From a virus (taxonomy: Duplodnaviria; Caudoviricetes): a DNA stretch of 64,000 bases. The DNA is taken from IMG/VR virus record IMGVR_UViG_3300006092_000342, positions 32,222 through 96,221 of that record. One strand, given 5' to 3'. The position numbers and the translations under genes were made by a program. Shown here in pieces: positions 28,941-38,508 of the stretch. Under the pieces are notes generated by a model, which saw nothing but the letters and a program-made list of their open reading frames with translations, did no database searches and had not been told where the DNA came from. Positions within the stretch are counted from its first letter, which is position 1, and every line of letters starts with the position of its first letter.

Positions 28941-30934
28941 CTAGAAGTTTGAGCTGATGAAATTTTTACAAGTTCTAATGGAGTTCCTACATCACAAGAT
29001 TCTGTTAAATCTACATTAGTTCCTCCCATTCCATGACGGAAACTAATTGTAATTGTATCTTCGACTGCATCCCAATTAGCCGCAACTAATCCTGGAATAC
29101 CAATTGACAACAGTAAAGAAGGTAATAAAGTATAGCTTGTGGCTCCGAAAGAATAATCTACACCATCCACATTTATATTAGTAAGATCTCCATCAGGACA
29201 CTCAGATGCTACTTCCCAACAATCATAAAGGAAAGAAACTTCTAAGTTTCCATAACCGGTTGCAATTGCCCAGTTCTCTATATGAATATCCGCTAACAGA
29301 ATTACAGCCGTTTTTCCTAAACCAGCTAACGTACTAATAATATCTCCATCGTCTTGAACTGCAGTAACGCTTCCTCCTACAGGAGTAAAGTTTACAGAGG
29401 TAAATACTGTATAATCAATAGTAGCACCGACATTACCATTTTCTTGATTATTGATACCACTTCCGGCAATACCTTCATTTGTATCAATAAGCTGAAGTCT
29501 TCTTTGGGTAGGAATATCTGTTACTGTAATAGCCGTGGTTAAACTTGGATTATGAAGTCTGGAAACATTACCTCCACTATTGTCTAACCATACCCATCCT
29601 GCTTGACCAGTTAATTCGATCATTCTATTAGCCAAAGCTAATCCGGTTGCATGCAATTCATGGGTATCTCCTCCATAAGCCGACAGATCATAACTCATTC
29701 CCAGGAAGCCTACTGTGGTATTGATATTGGTATAAGTTAAATTGGTACCAACACCATCTTCTAAATAGACATAAACACTCGCAGTAGTATGAATAACTTC
29801 TATTGGAGCATACTCTTGTCCACAAACCCAATCTGCTAAAGCAACAGCACATCCAACAACTGTTACAGTTAAAGGCGTATCCAAAGCTGCAAATGCATCA
29901 ACAATATCTGAAGCATCTGCTACACTTACTACTCCTCCTCCATAAGGAGTTAAATCTATTTTTTGAAATTTGGTGAAATCTAAAGTACCTCCATCACAAT
30001 AATCAGGACAATCTCCGTCTGTATCTACTAATGGAATTAATAATTTAGTTAATATAGAATGAGGACTGTTTTCCCCTGCAATTGTAAAAACACACAAAGA
30101 ACTATTCCAACAAACACTAGAATCCCAAAAAGCTGAGTACGCCTCTTCTAATTCTTCAATGGTATCATATTGAACATAAGCTTCTTCTTCCCCAAAACTT
30201 ACTAGTAGTTTTGTTAAATCTATACAATCGCATCCTAACAAAGTACCTTCTCCATCTGTGAATGCAGAAAGTCCTTGTGTAGCCATTGCTACTCCAGCTA
30301 ATGTAAAAGGTCCGTAAGGTCCGTATGTGCATGTATCTTTATTACAAGTTACTTCTAAAGTTAAAAACCAATTACTTGACAAAGAATAAGGAATAATATT
30401 AATTACTCGAGTAACAGGATCTATACTCCAAGACAATACATTTTCTCTTCCAGTCTCTATATACTCATTTGTGAATCCATTATCACATTGAAAACATCTA
30501 GGAAGAGTTCTTGTAATTATATATAAACTTTCACAAGCTTTATACTGTATATCATGTGTACAAGCTTCACTTGTAACATCTTCACAACTATTAATGCACT
30601 CTTCCGCAGTTCCTTTTTGAAAGGAAACCGGTCCCCCATTATTATTTATAATCGTATCACAACCTGGAACAGAAACCGCTGTAGGAGTAACTGTGAAATT
30701 AATTTGACTGATATCCGTAATACGAACATTTAAAACGATATCAAATTCCATTCCATGAACTAAAGAAGGAATATTAATTACACCTCCGGAATAACTACCA
30801 TAAGGACTTACCATGGAATCAAATACAATTCCAGGAGAATAATTTACATTGATAATATAAGGACAAGTGTTTCCTGTCTTTTTTACATGTATAATTATGG
30901 CACGTATATCCCCGTTTCGACAAACTTTTATCAT
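28925..30934 (-). CDS. Putative fibre/surface protein with N-terminal DUF11-like Ig domain and internal repeat
   Basis: PGIVFDSMVSPYGSY...IPSLVHG...IVLNVRI resembles DUF11; repeated unit T(L/I)D(F/Y)TxFxxxxxTPxGG. Confidence 0.55.
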   Translation of the reverse strand: MIKVCRNGDIRAIIIHVKKTGNTCPYIINVNYSPGIVFDSMVSPYGSYSGGVINIPSLVHGMEFDIVLNVRITDISQINFTVTPTAVSVPGCDTIINNNGGPVSFQKGTAEECINSCEDVTSEACTHDIQYKACESLYIITRTLPRCFQCDNGFTNEYIETGRENVLSWSIDPVTRVINIIPYSLSSNWFLTLEVTCNKDTCTYGPYGPFTLAGVAMATQGLSAFTDGEGTLLGCDCIDLTKLLVSFGEEEAYVQYDTIEELEEAYSAFWDSSVCWNSSLCVFTIAGENSPHSILTKLLIPLVDTDGDCPDYCDGGTLDFTKFQKIDLTPYGGGVVSVADASDIVDAFAALDTPLTVTVVGCAVALADWVCGQEYAPIEVIHTTASVYVYLEDGVGTNLTYTNINTTVGFLGMSYDLSAYGGDTHELHATGLALANRMIELTGQAGWVWLDNSGGNVSRLHNPSLTTAITVTDIPTQRRLQLIDTNEGIAGSGINNQENGNVGATIDYTVFTSVNFTPVGGSVTAVQDDGDIISTLAGLGKTAVILLADIHIENWAIATGYGNLEVSFLYDCWEVASECPDGDLTNINVDGVDYSFGATSYTLLPSLLLSIGIPGLVAANWDAVEDTITISFRHGMGGTNVDLTESCDVGTPLELVKISSAQTSSCVTI

Positions 30935-31428
30935 GATATTGTGATCTCAGGTGTTGTAGGGTTAACAATAATTTCAGAAGCTTGTGGACCACAAAGTCCT
31001 GTACAAGGATCACATCCATCTAAGCAATTTTTCCCAAGACATCGATCTAGAATTGGAATTTCTACTATACTTTGAGCACTATATCCTTTAGCTGTTCCAC
31101 CTTTACAAACCCCTCTTACAAGAATTTTGTACGTATTATGAATTCCCGGAATAGCATAGTTAGGATGAGTACGTCCGTATAACACGTTTCCAACAAAATG
31201 ACAATCATAAAATGCAGGGTCAGCTTTAATAACACTGTATTCCACACTAGTACAATTGGTAGTACTAGCAAAAGCAACACTAAATTGCTCATTACAAGGT
31301 CCTACCGTATTTTTATAATTGATATACGGTTTTGATAATGCAAAACAATCTTCACATTCTCTTTCAACTACAGGAGGCTGAGGAGGCTCCGGGGTTAAAT
31401 TGCAGCAATTTGATAAAACGTTAAGCAT
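30931..31428 (-). CDS. Small Cys-rich structural protein
   Basis: ATG at 31428; ends in CLGKNCLDGCDPCTGLC. Confidence 0.65.
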   Translation of the reverse strand: MLNVLSNCCNLTPEPPQPPVVERECEDCFALSKPYINYKNTVGPCNEQFSVAFASTTNCTSVEYSVIKADPAFYDCHFVGNVLYGRTHPNYAIPGIHNTYKILVRGVCKGGTAKGYSAQSIVEIPILDRCLGKNCLDGCDPCTGLCGPQASEIIVNPTTPEITIS

Positions 31429-31430
31429 GA

Positions 31431-31943
31431 TCAACAATTACAGTCTAAAAATTTTAATTCTCTGTGTAACATTTCAATGTATTCTGCCGCTTTTTCAGTT
31501 TTACCGGCTTCTACAATATCTGGAATGTCTGTTATTAATCGGTCTACCAAAGTTATTTTTAATAAATTGGATTGTAATTCTCCCAATTTACTCTTTGCAA
31601 GATATGTGTCATAACAACAACGTGCTTTACAAAGTAGGACTCGATTTAGTGTATGAATTTTATCGCAGATAACTGCTTTTATACAGTAAATTCCATCCAT
31701 AAATTTGGAATCTCCATATCCCAACTGTTTCATTTCAAATACATTAGTAATTCCTGTTTTGATTTCTAATGGAATTCCTTGAACAGTATGGGGAAGAAAT
31801 AACTCGATTTCATAAGAGATTGGAATACTATATTTTTCATCTTCAATCCAATCACTTATATCTTGGATTAACAACTTTTTGCAATCCATACTCTTGAAGA
31901 GTAGATTAACTCTACCGGGAACTTCTATACAATGACAGGACAT
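31431..31943 (-). CDS. Putative tail hub protein
   Basis: IQDISDW...DGIYCI pattern like crAss-like hub proteins; synteny after the auxiliary capsid gene. Confidence 0.5.
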   Translation of the reverse strand: MSCHCIEVPGRVNLLFKSMDCKKLLIQDISDWIEDEKYSIPISYEIELFLPHTVQGIPLEIKTGITNVFEMKQLGYGDSKFMDGIYCIKAVICDKIHTLNRVLLCKARCCYDTYLAKSKLGELQSNLLKITLVDRLITDIPDIVEAGKTEKAAEYIEMLHRELKFLDCNC

Positions 31944-32218
31944 TATGGGCCTTCCTCCTCAACAAGGGTAATATCTACTGTATATTCTACACCATTGATT
32001 GTGGTGTACAATAAATCGTTTTTAAAATAAAGCGTATGTGTGTGTGTATTAGCTTGATCTGGGAGTCTTAATAAAGATCCACAATTATCACAAACAACCC
32101 CACAACATTGGCCTAAGTAGTTAAGACAGGCTCGCAGACTTTCCATCCCGATCCATTCTTTGCCGGACTTTTTATGGAAAAGTCCGGACATAATTTTGAT
32201 ATCATTAAACTTTGCCAT
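31943..32218 (-). CDS. Small hypothetical protein with CCxxxCxxC cluster
   Basis: 91 aa, coupled to both neighbours. Confidence 0.6.
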   Translation of the reverse strand: MAKFNDIKIMSGLFHKKSGKEWIGMESLRACLNYLGQCCGVVCDNCGSLLRLPDQANTHTHTLYFKNDLLYTTINGVEYTVDITLVEEEGP

Positions 32219-33870
32219 TAGTTACCAATTTGACGACCTGTAATTCGGCTCGCAGTTATCAATGCAGCATCCACATAACAACTTTGTGTGTTTGACTTAT
32301 ATGGAATTTTCGATTGGGCTAACATTGCATTATACATCGTTTGAAACGGTGTTAATGTAGCCGTATCTTTTGAAGGTATTACAAACAATTGAGTCCATCT
32401 TGGCTTGTATTGGTCCCCTTGAACAGATATACCGCTATAAAGGGTTCCTCCACCTAAAGTAAATACGCAGTAACTATCCCCACATTGAGTCAATAAATTT
32501 TTGATTCGAGATGTTTTTATAGTTTCTCCATACCAACCACGAACTAAAGTATAGTAATCGAAATTACGACCTTGTCCCCCGATTTCTTCGGAAAGCTCCA
32601 TATGCATTAACTGGTAACCGCTATTTTGAGGCATTACCATGGCTTGATCTTCCACCCATGCATAATGAGCACGATCCATTCCGATTACTTCAACATCGTA
32701 TTCAATACTATGAAAAGCTTTTCCAGGAAGATCTATGTCACAACCACACATGTAATCTTCTAAATCAAATGCAATTTCAATACCTGCTGCATACGTTTTT
32801 GTTGTTGCAGGAGCTTCATCATCACAACCGATACATGGAGCTTCAATCGGAACTGCAGCTAACATATTTCCGGTCGCACAAGGGTCTATTGCCACAGCCT
32901 CTTCTTCTGTACCACCTAATAATTTAACCGCTGAACAAGAAATAATAGAGATTTTTTCAGGGCAACAGTTATTAGCAGCTCCATGAGTTCTATATGCTTT
33001 GCCTAACAGAGATTTTGCAGCCATATCTGCATTAATCTGATCAATGATCAAATCAATTTGATCTTTAAAAGTTTTTGTAGAATCACTAGGATCTACTGTA
33101 TTGGTGAAGAAAGTATCTACATCCGCATCTTCTTCTCCGATTCCAACCCAGCGAACGCCTATGATTGCATCAAGTTTAATACAATTGGAACATGTTGTTA
33201 CAACTGGATTAAGACAAAACGCATATTTAGTCATACCGGTACTTATCCGAGTTACACTTAACGGTACTGTAGGACTTACAGGAATACCATAACTTCCCGT
33301 TGGTTTGGAAAAATCCGCAGGCTTAACTTTTAAGCTTTCTTCTAGTGCACAAGCATAGGCTAATGAATAGTCTGCTGTTGTACAAGCATCACAACTAGGA
33401 CATGCTTTAGAAGCATACAAAGTAATATGATCCCACTGATTTAAGTCTTTGAATTGCTCCGTATTATTATTACGATAACGAATTTTAACTGCAATATCAC
33501 TATCACAGTTTAAACAATCAAATAATAAACGCCCGGAGGGTGCCCCGGCACATCTAGGAGGACTTACAGTAGAGTAGTCAATACCATTGATATCAATAGC
33601 ATCATAAATACAAGTTTGTAAAAAATCTGCAGGACCGCCTACATGAGGCCCAACTCCTACACCGATCGCAACTTGATTCATGGTAGCTAATGCTCCTGAA
33701 CCGACAGATACTCCCGTTTCTGGATTGTACCACACCCATTGCCCTGCTTTTACCAGGGGTTTGGCAGGTGCTCCAAAACTAGTGGTAGGTACTGAAAATA
33801 CCGGGGTATCCGCAGGGTATAATACTTGATTGCCTGAACTTACAAGCTTTTTAAATCCAACATTTTGCAT
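32218..33870 (-). CDS. Putative auxiliary capsid protein (crAss gene 73-like position)
   Basis: 550 aa, third gene after MCP; NSGYQLMHME motif; 22 Cys by hand count. Confidence 0.55.
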   Translation of the reverse strand: MQNVGFKKLVSSGNQVLYPADTPVFSVPTTSFGAPAKPLVKAGQWVWYNPETGVSVGSGALATMNQVAIGVGVGPHVGGPADFLQTCIYDAIDINGIDYSTVSPPRCAGAPSGRLLFDCLNCDSDIAVKIRYRNNNTEQFKDLNQWDHITLYASKACPSCDACTTADYSLAYACALEESLKVKPADFSKPTGSYGIPVSPTVPLSVTRISTGMTKYAFCLNPVVTTCSNCIKLDAIIGVRWVGIGEEDADVDTFFTNTVDPSDSTKTFKDQIDLIIDQINADMAAKSLLGKAYRTHGAANNCCPEKISIISCSAVKLLGGTEEEAVAIDPCATGNMLAAVPIEAPCIGCDDEAPATTKTYAAGIEIAFDLEDYMCGCDIDLPGKAFHSIEYDVEVIGMDRAHYAWVEDQAMVMPQNSGYQLMHMELSEEIGGQGRNFDYYTLVRGWYGETIKTSRIKNLLTQCGDSYCVFTLGGGTLYSGISVQGDQYKPRWTQLFVIPSKDTATLTPFQTMYNAMLAQSKIPYKSNTQSCYVDAALITASRITGRQIGN

Positions 33871-33877
33871 GTTAAAA

Positions 33878-34594
33878 TTATTTATAAAGATTTTCTAATA
33901 AAGTAATTGCTTTAATTCTTAAATCCCATTGTGCTAGATTATCAAAATCCCTTTCACAGATTACCGCAGCTATATCTGTAATTCTTCTAAGTTGATAATT
34001 CTGAACTAATTCTGAAATTTGATCATAATCAATAATATTTCCATCATTTAGTTGATATCGATTCTCAGGAGTTTTACTCGCTGTTCGAAATTCTGTAGGC
34101 TTTCTATAATAATCAGACCAGATTTGAGTTATATCAAATTTTTTATCATGATATACTTTAAATCCGCTATGCACCAAACTAAAAAAAGTACTTGAAAATT
34201 CCCAACTTGGATTCCAATTTCTATTAATTAACATATTGGATTCTTCATGTCCTTTAACTAAAATTAACTTTCGTAACTTTTTTTCAGGACACTCCGGGCA
34301 TTTAATCTTACCCCCAAGTCGAATAAGTCGAAAATAATTATCAGGAAGTTTAAAAATTGTAGAAGTTTCTTTATCCGCAATTTTGACGAGGGATTCCTCA
34401 TCAATTTTTAAAACCCGAATATCTTCTTCGACTCTGTCATTAGTTTGTGCATAATTCGCACAGATTTCCATAAATAGTTGCTGCGCCTCATTTAATATTG
34501 AGTCTTTATATGCTATTGTAAATCGAGGGTTTTTAGACCATTTACTTACTTTATGACTCAGCATTTCTTCAACAAGAGCTGCATTAAACCCCAT
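33878..34594 (-). CDS. Putative ring protein (crAss gene 74-like)
   Basis: LNEAQ, LPDNY and DYYRKP motifs typical of this family; synteny. Confidence 0.65.
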   Translation of the reverse strand: MGFNAALVEEMLSHKVSKWSKNPRFTIAYKDSILNEAQQLFMEICANYAQTNDRVEEDIRVLKIDEESLVKIADKETSTIFKLPDNYFRLIRLGGKIKCPECPEKKLRKLILVKGHEESNMLINRNWNPSWEFSSTFFSLVHSGFKVYHDKKFDITQIWSDYYRKPTEFRTASKTPENRYQLNDGNIIDYDQISELVQNYQLRRITDIAAVICERDFDNLAQWDLRIKAITLLENLYK

Positions 34595-34596
34595 CG

Positions 34597-35595
34597 TTAT
34601 GAAGTTTCTTGACCTTCTTTACCTTTTAATTTCATTTCCAAGGCTAAAAAGGTTTTAACATTTTCTTCGTCCTTTGATCGGAAAAATTCTTCTACATCAT
34701 TCATATCCATACCTAGATGAATATTATTGAAACTAAATCCATTTCTTGTAGCACGAATTACATTACTACGAATACCTTCCCGGACAAAAGCTTTTACAGC
34801 TAAATCCCGGTTATTCATATTCATTAATTCGAGATAACTCTGAAGATAGGTTTGATCTGAATTAGGGATTTTTTTATTTTCAATAAGATAAAATCCAATT
34901 TGATCCTTTAAATTCTTTTCACTTGTATCTTCATTAAAATCAATAGACCAAATTATAGCAACCGTTTTTAATTCTTTCAGTTGAGAAACTTCAAGTCTTT
35001 GTAAAGCCTCCCGAATGCCCACACTTTTCTTTAATTTAGCATCCATTGTAAAGCTTTTACGACTTACAATGAATTCTACTTTATAGCTTATAAGCTCCGG
35101 GTCTGGTAACTCTTCTACATTTTCCAGAACTAAAAATCGAGGATCTGCTTTCATTAAAGCATATTTGATTTTGTTTATAGGTTCTGTATAGTCATAGCTA
35201 GTCTCAAAATCATCCAAAGATATTTTCAGTTCTTCAGCAGTAAAGAAAGGATCTCTTGGATCTTTGTGGTTAGCTGAGTCAATAATTTGGCCTATACGAA
35301 GTCCAGATTTATAAATTAGTTTACATTTTGGAACTTCTTTTTGCAAGTCCTCATCTGACATAGCTAATTTATAACCATTGACTAAACTAAATGGAAACCC
35401 AATAACTTGCTTAGTTTGTGTAAAAATTGTAGAATCATATGGCACTTTATCTGATTCTTCTAACACACCTTTTGCATTCATTGTGGTACTCCATTCTACG
35501 CCACTTAAAGGAACTCCGGCATCTTTACGAATACTACTTATATGTTTTATCGTAAAAACATCGCTCTGAACTACTGAATTTAATTTAGTTTGCAT
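34597..35595 (-). CDS. Conserved capsid-module protein (crAss gene 75-like)
   Basis: Immediately downstream of MCP; C-terminal KAFVREGIRSNVI...LG pattern. Confidence 0.55.
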   Translation of the reverse strand: MQTKLNSVVQSDVFTIKHISSIRKDAGVPLSGVEWSTTMNAKGVLEESDKVPYDSTIFTQTKQVIGFPFSLVNGYKLAMSDEDLQKEVPKCKLIYKSGLRIGQIIDSANHKDPRDPFFTAEELKISLDDFETSYDYTEPINKIKYALMKADPRFLVLENVEELPDPELISYKVEFIVSRKSFTMDAKLKKSVGIREALQRLEVSQLKELKTVAIIWSIDFNEDTSEKNLKDQIGFYLIENKKIPNSDQTYLQSYLELMNMNNRDLAVKAFVREGIRSNVIRATRNGFSFNNIHLGMDMNDVEEFFRSKDEENVKTFLALEMKLKGKEGQETS

Positions 35596-35617
35596 AATTC
35601 TTCTTCTGATTTAATTA

Positions 35618-37192
35618 TTAATGAGTAATAGTTGCACGCGCTACAATTGGTAATGTAACATCATTCAAATAAATTCCAAAACGAGATTCCAAAGCAACTA
35701 TATAACGTCTTCCTAAAGTAATTCGACATTGTGCATTAGCATTTTGGAAATTATTAGTAGGACCGGCTGGACTAAAGGTACCATATTCAATATTGTAATT
35801 CTCCCCATTTCTAACTTGTACGAGCCTTACATTATTTTTAAACCCATTACCGAAACCGCCGTCCCATATATTCGCTTCATAAGAACTTACTAAGTTGCCA
35901 TCGAAACGCATGGCACCATGTATGGTTTCATCGTCATAGAAAGGTTCCCACACAGCTTGGAATTCTCCGTAAGGAAATCCGACCCATTTAGTAAAATAGG
36001 CTGTTTGGAAAACCAATCCTTTGTATCCTTTTGCATAAGTAGGTCCATTGTCTGAAGTGAAATTCTTCATATCAGAAATATAACCGGATTGCTTATAAGC
36101 TTCAGTGATAATTTCATTAACCCAGGTTATGAACGCGGATCCTCCATTTGCAATCATTCCCCGCTGATCATAAGGGACCTTATTATCTTGGAAAGTCTTT
36201 AAAGAATTTTGCAAGTGTTTTAAGGAAGAAACTCCTGGCATGTAATCAAAACGATTACCAAACCGCAATAAGGGACGTAAACCTACTCCTGTTTTTCTAT
36301 GAAGACCGGTAGAACCATCAATCGCTAGTTTTTTGAAATCCTCACCTATCCACATTAATTTCTTTTTGTTATAGGCATGGCTTGCTACAAACTCTCCTTC
36401 AATAGAAGTAAAGAAGTTTGTACCTTGCTTTGGTGCAGATGTGTCTCCAGCCAATTGAGGCTCTGGTCCAACCATAGACATGGTTCCTCCCATTCCATTA
36501 GCTTGATTCATATAAACTGCAGAGTCTGTTACCTCGTAACTTTGACCTGTAGACCATTGAGTACCTTTGAATTCAATCCAACCGGTGTTAGACATATAGA
36601 ATCCTGCATAATCGCGAGAACCCTCAGAATAAGCACCTGTTCCTACACACCAACGGATGCCAGGCTTTAATAACTCAGGAGGAAAAAAGCCTAAATTGGC
36701 ATTTTTCGTAGTAGTATATATGAAACCGGTTCCGTCTTGTTGCCCGGCATTATCCACAATAACTTGTGCTTCAGGAGCCGATTCGGGCCAAATGTATGTA
36801 CCGGGACGTATCCAACCTACTGATAATTTTACACGCAATTTTGTGCTTCCTAAAGAAGGATTATCATTGTTTGGATATAGGTTTTCTTCTTGACGAATAT
36901 AAGAATGATTACGTCTGCGCAATCTCCAATTAAAATCGTAAGTGTCTATTTCCTTAATTCCGGAAGTTTCCTTCAAATAATCGAGAAATCCTCCATAAGC
37001 AGATTGTAATCCTGGGTTACTAGAACTAATAAATTCTACTACAGGATCAGTTAAATCTGTAATGTTTTTGAACTTATGCCAGTTATTGTGCAGAGTATTT
37101 TCTGAAACAAAACTTTGAATATTTCCCAAGGAATTTACATCGTGGGAATAAAAACTGTACTTTTTAACGTCAGCCGTTTGTGCTGTTATCAT
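35618..37192 (-). CDS. Major capsid protein
   Basis: 524 aa; GAYSEGS, TGVGLR and PFYDD patterns of crAss-like MCP; follows portal and scaffold genes. Confidence 0.8.
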   Translation of the reverse strand: MITAQTADVKKYSFYSHDVNSLGNIQSFVSENTLHNNWHKFKNITDLTDPVVEFISSSNPGLQSAYGGFLDYLKETSGIKEIDTYDFNWRLRRRNHSYIRQEENLYPNNDNPSLGSTKLRVKLSVGWIRPGTYIWPESAPEAQVIVDNAGQQDGTGFIYTTTKNANLGFFPPELLKPGIRWCVGTGAYSEGSRDYAGFYMSNTGWIEFKGTQWSTGQSYEVTDSAVYMNQANGMGGTMSMVGPEPQLAGDTSAPKQGTNFFTSIEGEFVASHAYNKKKLMWIGEDFKKLAIDGSTGLHRKTGVGLRPLLRFGNRFDYMPGVSSLKHLQNSLKTFQDNKVPYDQRGMIANGGSAFITWVNEIITEAYKQSGYISDMKNFTSDNGPTYAKGYKGLVFQTAYFTKWVGFPYGEFQAVWEPFYDDETIHGAMRFDGNLVSSYEANIWDGGFGNGFKNNVRLVQVRNGENYNIEYGTFSPAGPTNNFQNANAQCRITLGRRYIVALESRFGIYLNDVTLPIVARATITH

Positions 37193-37205
37193 CGCTTAAA
37201 ATTTT

Positions 37206-38441
37206 TTAAACCTGTCCAATAAATTTTCGATTCATATCCATAGGTACTCCTCCTTTATTGGAGGCCGGAGTTTCCTTTCCCATTCTGCTTTCCAATGCTT
37301 GAATTATAGATTGGCCAGCTGCTCTTTGGTTTTTTAATATGATATGATTTACATTTTCGTAACCTTTATTATAATAATAAAAAGCTAAAAGCTGCTTTTC
37401 TGGATTGTTATTTACTTCATTGAGAAATTTAACAAGTTTGCTAACCTTTACACTTTTTACTTGATCATTTTCTTTGTACTGAATAACATCTGCTTTTTGA
37501 TTAATAACCGCTTCTCTTAAGCCTAGCATATCTTCCTCTGGAATTTTGAATGTGCCAATTAATCCGGTATTCAAAATATTAGAAACAGCTTGATTATATA
37601 ATTTAGATTTTTCTTCTTTCGCAGCATTTTCTTTATTTTGAACAGCTTCCACATGCGCTTTAGCATCATTCATAATCTGGTCTCTATAAGCAGTTACTTC
37701 TTGAAGAGATTGTTCGAATTTTGAATCAAAAAGTTTATTTTCGTGGTAGGCTTTTAGATTGGTTTGAATTTCTAAATCCTCATTTCCTTTTAAACGTAAT
37801 GCAATAGCTATAACATGCTCTTTTAACTCTAAAGAATCCGGAGTCTCTTGAGTATAATCATAATTAATTAAGTTATTAAGCGGAGCTACTTTTCTAAGAA
37901 CTTCTTCGGGACCTCCTTTTTCTAAAAAGTCAATTTTAGCCTTATAATCTTCAAACTCTTGAATTCTAGCTTCAACTCCTTTTTGGATTTGTGCTTCTAA
38001 ACTAGCTTTAAGATTATTAACAAATAGATTTGCATCATTTGTCTCTTTTATAGGGAAATCTTCTGGTAGTATTCCAGCATCTTGTAATGCTAAAGCTGTC
38101 AACCCAAAAGTACTTAGATCCTCTAAATTTAGGTCTGGAGAATCATCTGGCTTCGGTAAGGCGCCCGGTTCTGGGTTTGGAGCTGCTTGGGCACTCCCAT
38201 TAGGAACAATAGGTTCTCCGGGATTTACATTTAAGTTTCCTGCATTATCTGGAAGTCCTGCCGGATTTAATCCTGGAGGATCTACATCAGAAGTAGCCGC
38301 TACAGCTGCAGGAGGAGGTGCAGGGGATGTTTGAATTGCATTAGGATTTATAGCTGGGTCTGTCATATAAAAAGGGATAGCATCTCCTTCAGTGCCTTGC
38401 CTTACTACAGTTCCTGCGAAATCGAAATTTTTATTCATCAT
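37206..38441 (-). CDS. Scaffolding-like protein (crAss gene 77-like)
   Basis: Pro/Ala/acidic disordered N-terminus and helical body; lies between portal and MCP. Confidence 0.6.
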   Translation of the reverse strand: MMNKNFDFAGTVVRQGTEGDAIPFYMTDPAINPNAIQTSPAPPPAAVAATSDVDPPGLNPAGLPDNAGNLNVNPGEPIVPNGSAQAAPNPEPGALPKPDDSPDLNLEDLSTFGLTALALQDAGILPEDFPIKETNDANLFVNNLKASLEAQIQKGVEARIQEFEDYKAKIDFLEKGGPEEVLRKVAPLNNLINYDYTQETPDSLELKEHVIAIALRLKGNEDLEIQTNLKAYHENKLFDSKFEQSLQEVTAYRDQIMNDAKAHVEAVQNKENAAKEEKSKLYNQAVSNILNTGLIGTFKIPEEDMLGLREAVINQKADVIQYKENDQVKSVKVSKLVKFLNEVNNNPEKQLLAFYYYNKGYENVNHIILKNQRAAGQSIIQALESRMGKETPASNKGGVPMDMNRKFIGQV

Positions 38442-38508
38442 ACAAATTTGAGTTTTTAGTTATCTAATAAATAATTTGCTTTTAGTAAAAAATTTTTATG
38501 GTCGCTTT

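Noticed and set aside
23701-30934. Diversity-generating retroelement acting on fibres
   Set aside because: No reverse transcriptase and no TR/VR pair noticed in the window.
1709-36893. Many short plus-strand and alternative-frame ORFs over the structural operon
   Set aside because: Shadow ORFs fully inside long, motif-bearing minus-strand genes.
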